Of a DNA stretch of 64,000 bases, positions 62,039 through 64,000 are shown one piece after another; within the stretch, counting starts at the first letter, position 1, and every line of letters starts with the position of its first letter. Location of the stretch: assembly GCA_007128895.1 (NCBI GenBank), contig SKWO01000001.1, positions 4,477 to 68,476 on the forward strand, given 5' to 3'. Source of the stretch: Gammaproteobacteria bacterium. GTDB taxonomy: Bacteria; Pseudomonadota; Gammaproteobacteria; SKWO01. The notes below the pieces were generated by a model. The model was given only the letters and a program-made list of their open reading frames with translations. It ran no database searches and was not told the origin of the DNA. A program made the position numbers and the translations under genes.

Positions 62039-62833
62039 TCAACCTGCGAGCAACCAGCCACGCCACGGGTCGAAGAGTGGCGGGTTGCTTGCCGCGATCA
62101 CCGAGCGTGGCTGCAGGTCGCCGACGCCGATCGCCTCCCCTGTCAGGGTGCAGGCGCGCCCGCCGGTCTCGGCCAGGATCAGCGAGCCGGCAGCGTAGTC
62201 CCATAGCCGTTGCCGACCATGCAGATAGAGCTGGCCACGCCCGGCGGCAAGCCAGCACCAGTCGAGTGCGACCGAGCCGTAGCTGCGCTGCGAGGCGTAG
62301 GGTGGTTCACTCGCCAGCCGACACGCCAGCGGGGCCGGCAGGCGCTTGAAGTCGATGATCGCAGCGCAGCGGGCCAGTTCGAGCGGCGCGCTGTCGCACT
62401 GCAGCGGCACCCCGTTGCAGCGGGCACCGTCGCCGCGTACCGCCTCAAAGCACTCGTCGCGCAGCGGGTCGTAGACCACGCCGAGACGGACCCCTGCGCT
62501 GTCGATCAGCGCCAGCGAGACCGAGAAGAAGGGGATGCCGTGGGCGAAGTTGCTGGTGCCGTCGAGTGGATCGAGCACCCATAGTGGGCCACCGGCGTCG
62601 AGCAGCGCCTGTTGTTCGGCCGCCGGCATCTCCTCACCGAGTACCGCGATCCCCGGCCAGGTCTCTTGCAGCCGCGCGGCCAGCCGCTGCTGCATCACGG
62701 AGTCGGCCTCGGTCACGATGCTGCCGTCGGCCTTGACGCGGCGAGCGACACGGGCAAAGCGCGGCAGCAGCACCTCGCGTGCCGTGGCGGTAACCCGTTC
62801 GATGACCCTGGTCGGGTCGATGTCGTTGTTCAT
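62039..62833 (-). CDS. Inositol monophosphatase / CysQ-family phosphatase
   Basis: 264 aa with IMPase motifs (WVLDPLDGT...). Confidence 0.75.
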   Translation of the reverse strand: MNNDIDPTRVIERVTATAREVLLPRFARVARRVKADGSIVTEADSVMQQRLAARLQETWPGIAVLGEEMPAAEQQALLDAGGPLWVLDPLDGTSNFAHGIPFFSVSLALIDSAGVRLGVVYDPLRDECFEAVRGDGARCNGVPLQCDSAPLELARCAAIIDFKRLPAPLACRLASEPPYASQRSYGSVALDWCWLAAGRGQLYLHGRQRLWDYAAGSLILAETGGRACTLTGEAIGVGDLQPRSVIAASNPPLFDPWRGWLLAG

Positions 62834-62858
62834 GGTGGCCTCCTGGAGGCCACACAGT

Positions 62859-63974
62859 CTAACCGATAGGAACGCGACGGTAGTTGCGGCGCATGAGCCA
62901 GAGGGTTGCCAGCGCGGTGAGGAGGACGAAGGGCAGCGCGGCCAGGTTGAGCAGCGCCCAGCCGACCTGGTGCAGCAGCGCCCCTGAGAGGAAGGAGGCG
63001 GTCGCCACCGAGGCGAAGACCAGCAGGTCGTTGGTCCCCTGCACCTTGCCGCGCTCCGACATGTGGTGGGTGGTGGTCAGCAGCGTGCTGCCGCCGATGA
63101 AGAGGAAGTTCCAGCCGATACCGAGCAGGATCAGGGCGGCGAGGAAGTGGCCCAGGCTCTCGCCGCTGACGGCGATGCCGATGGAGGTGGCCAGGATCAG
63201 CGCGCCGGCGAGCAGGATGCGTTCGACCGAAAAGCGGGCGATCAGGCTGCCGGTGAAGAATGACGGCACGAACATGCCGAGGACGTGCCACTGCATGACG
63301 AAGGCCGCCTCGGCGCGGGAGAAGCCGGCCGACTGCATCGCCAGCGGCGTCGCCGTCATCAGCATGATCATCACCGCGTAGCCGACGGCGGCGGCGAGTA
63401 CAGCGACCGGGAAGGCCGGCTGACGGGCGATCTGCGGCAAGGGGCGCTGGGTCTCGGCCAGCGCGGTCTGCTCGCCCGGGATGCGCAGTAGCGCCAGCAG
63501 GCCGAGGGCGAGCAGGGCCAGTAGGGTGATGACCAGATACGGTCCGAGGTCCGGCACCGCGGGGAAGAGCGCGCCGGAGAGGCCGGCATTCCACGGGCCG
63601 AGGAAGGCGGAGATGACCCCGCCGGCCAGCACCAGCGAGATGGCGCGGCTGCGGAAGGCATCGCTGGCCGCATCGGCGGCGGCGAAGCGGTAGTACATCG
63701 CAAAGGCCTGGTAGATGCCGAGCAGCAGGCTGGCAGAGGTGAAGAGCCAGAAGCTGCCCTGCAGGATCGCCACCACACTCAGCGCACCGCCGACCGCCCC
63801 GGCGAGGGCACCAAGCAGGAAACCGGCGCGGCGGCCGATCCGCTTCATCAGCAGTGACGCGGGCAGCGTCGACAGCAGCGTGCCGAGCATCATCGCCGAG
63901 ACCGGCAGGGTGGCCAGCTCCGGCGACGGGGTCAGACGCTGACCGACCAGCCCGCTCAGCGTCATCACCGTCAC
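62859..63974 (-). CDS. MFS transporter
   Basis: 371 aa with about 11-12 TM helices and an MFS motif A-like (MKRIGRRAGF). Confidence 0.7.
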   Translation of the reverse strand: MTVMTLSGLVGQRLTPSPELATLPVSAMMLGTLLSTLPASLLMKRIGRRAGFLLGALAGAVGGALSVVAILQGSFWLFTSASLLLGIYQAFAMYYRFAAADAASDAFRSRAISLVLAGGVISAFLGPWNAGLSGALFPAVPDLGPYLVITLLALLALGLLALLRIPGEQTALAETQRPLPQIARQPAFPVAVLAAAVGYAVMIMLMTATPLAMQSAGFSRAEAAFVMQWHVLGMFVPSFFTGSLIARFSVERILLAGALILATSIGIAVSGESLGHFLAALILLGIGWNFLFIGGSTLLTTTHHMSERGKVQGTNDLLVFASVATASFLSGALLHQVGWALLNLAALPFVLLTALATLWLMRRNYRRVPIG

Positions 63975-64000
63975 CGCCGTGGTCAGAAAGAGCGCTTGGC

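Noticed and set aside
62834-62858. Perfect palindrome GTGGCCTCC-T-GGAGGCCAC between the MFS transporter and the IMPase gene, considered as a terminator.
   Set aside because: No U-tract on either strand. It overlaps the likely ribosome-binding site of the IMPase gene, so it may be a translational element rather than a terminator. Too weak to annotate.

Overview
High-GC (about 68-77% in most genes) gammaproteobacterial chromosome segment. The glycine/sarcosine and sarcosine/dimethylglycine N-methyltransferase pair (betaine synthesis) suggests an Ectothiorhodospiraceae-like halophile. The window spans the replication-origin gene set grxD-dnaA-[oriC]-dnaN-recF-gyrB and is almost entirely conserved housekeeping operons. 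These include ygfB-pepP-ubiH-ubiI, zapA-ssrS-ygfA, a riboswitch-controlled btuB-pduO-btuF B12 uptake module, hrpA, tesA/ybbA-ybbP, ilvE, glnE, the lptD-surA-pdxA-rsmA-apaG-apaH cluster, ilvD-argF-argD, sodB, and metK-ahcY-metF-bioA. I recognise three RNA elements by sequence: a 6S RNA, an AdoCbl riboswitch and an SAH riboswitch. I saw no CRISPR array, no transposase or integrase, and no tRNA or rRNA. The most system-like novelty is at the left edge: a lower-GC two-gene module made of an AAA15/ABC-type ATPase plus a small partner carrying Toprim-like E...DxD motifs (DUF4276-like), resembling split OLD/PARIS-type defence systems and appended to the ubi operon. A second striking signal is a broad GC trough (down to about 45-50% in recF/gyrB) centred on the origin genes. 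Further points of interest are a candidate sRNA upstream of hrpA, a doubly membrane-anchored beta-propeller protein behind ybbAP, a HIT-CIA30 fusion, an EVE-domain gene coupled to ygfA, housekeeping genes inserted between rsmA and apaG, and several palindromic candidate operators. CDS coordinates follow the supplied ORF track, with starts trimmed by homology where stated; RNA and regulatory-site bounds are approximate, within about 5 nt. Many additional ORFs in the track are antisense or overlapping artefacts of the high GC content.
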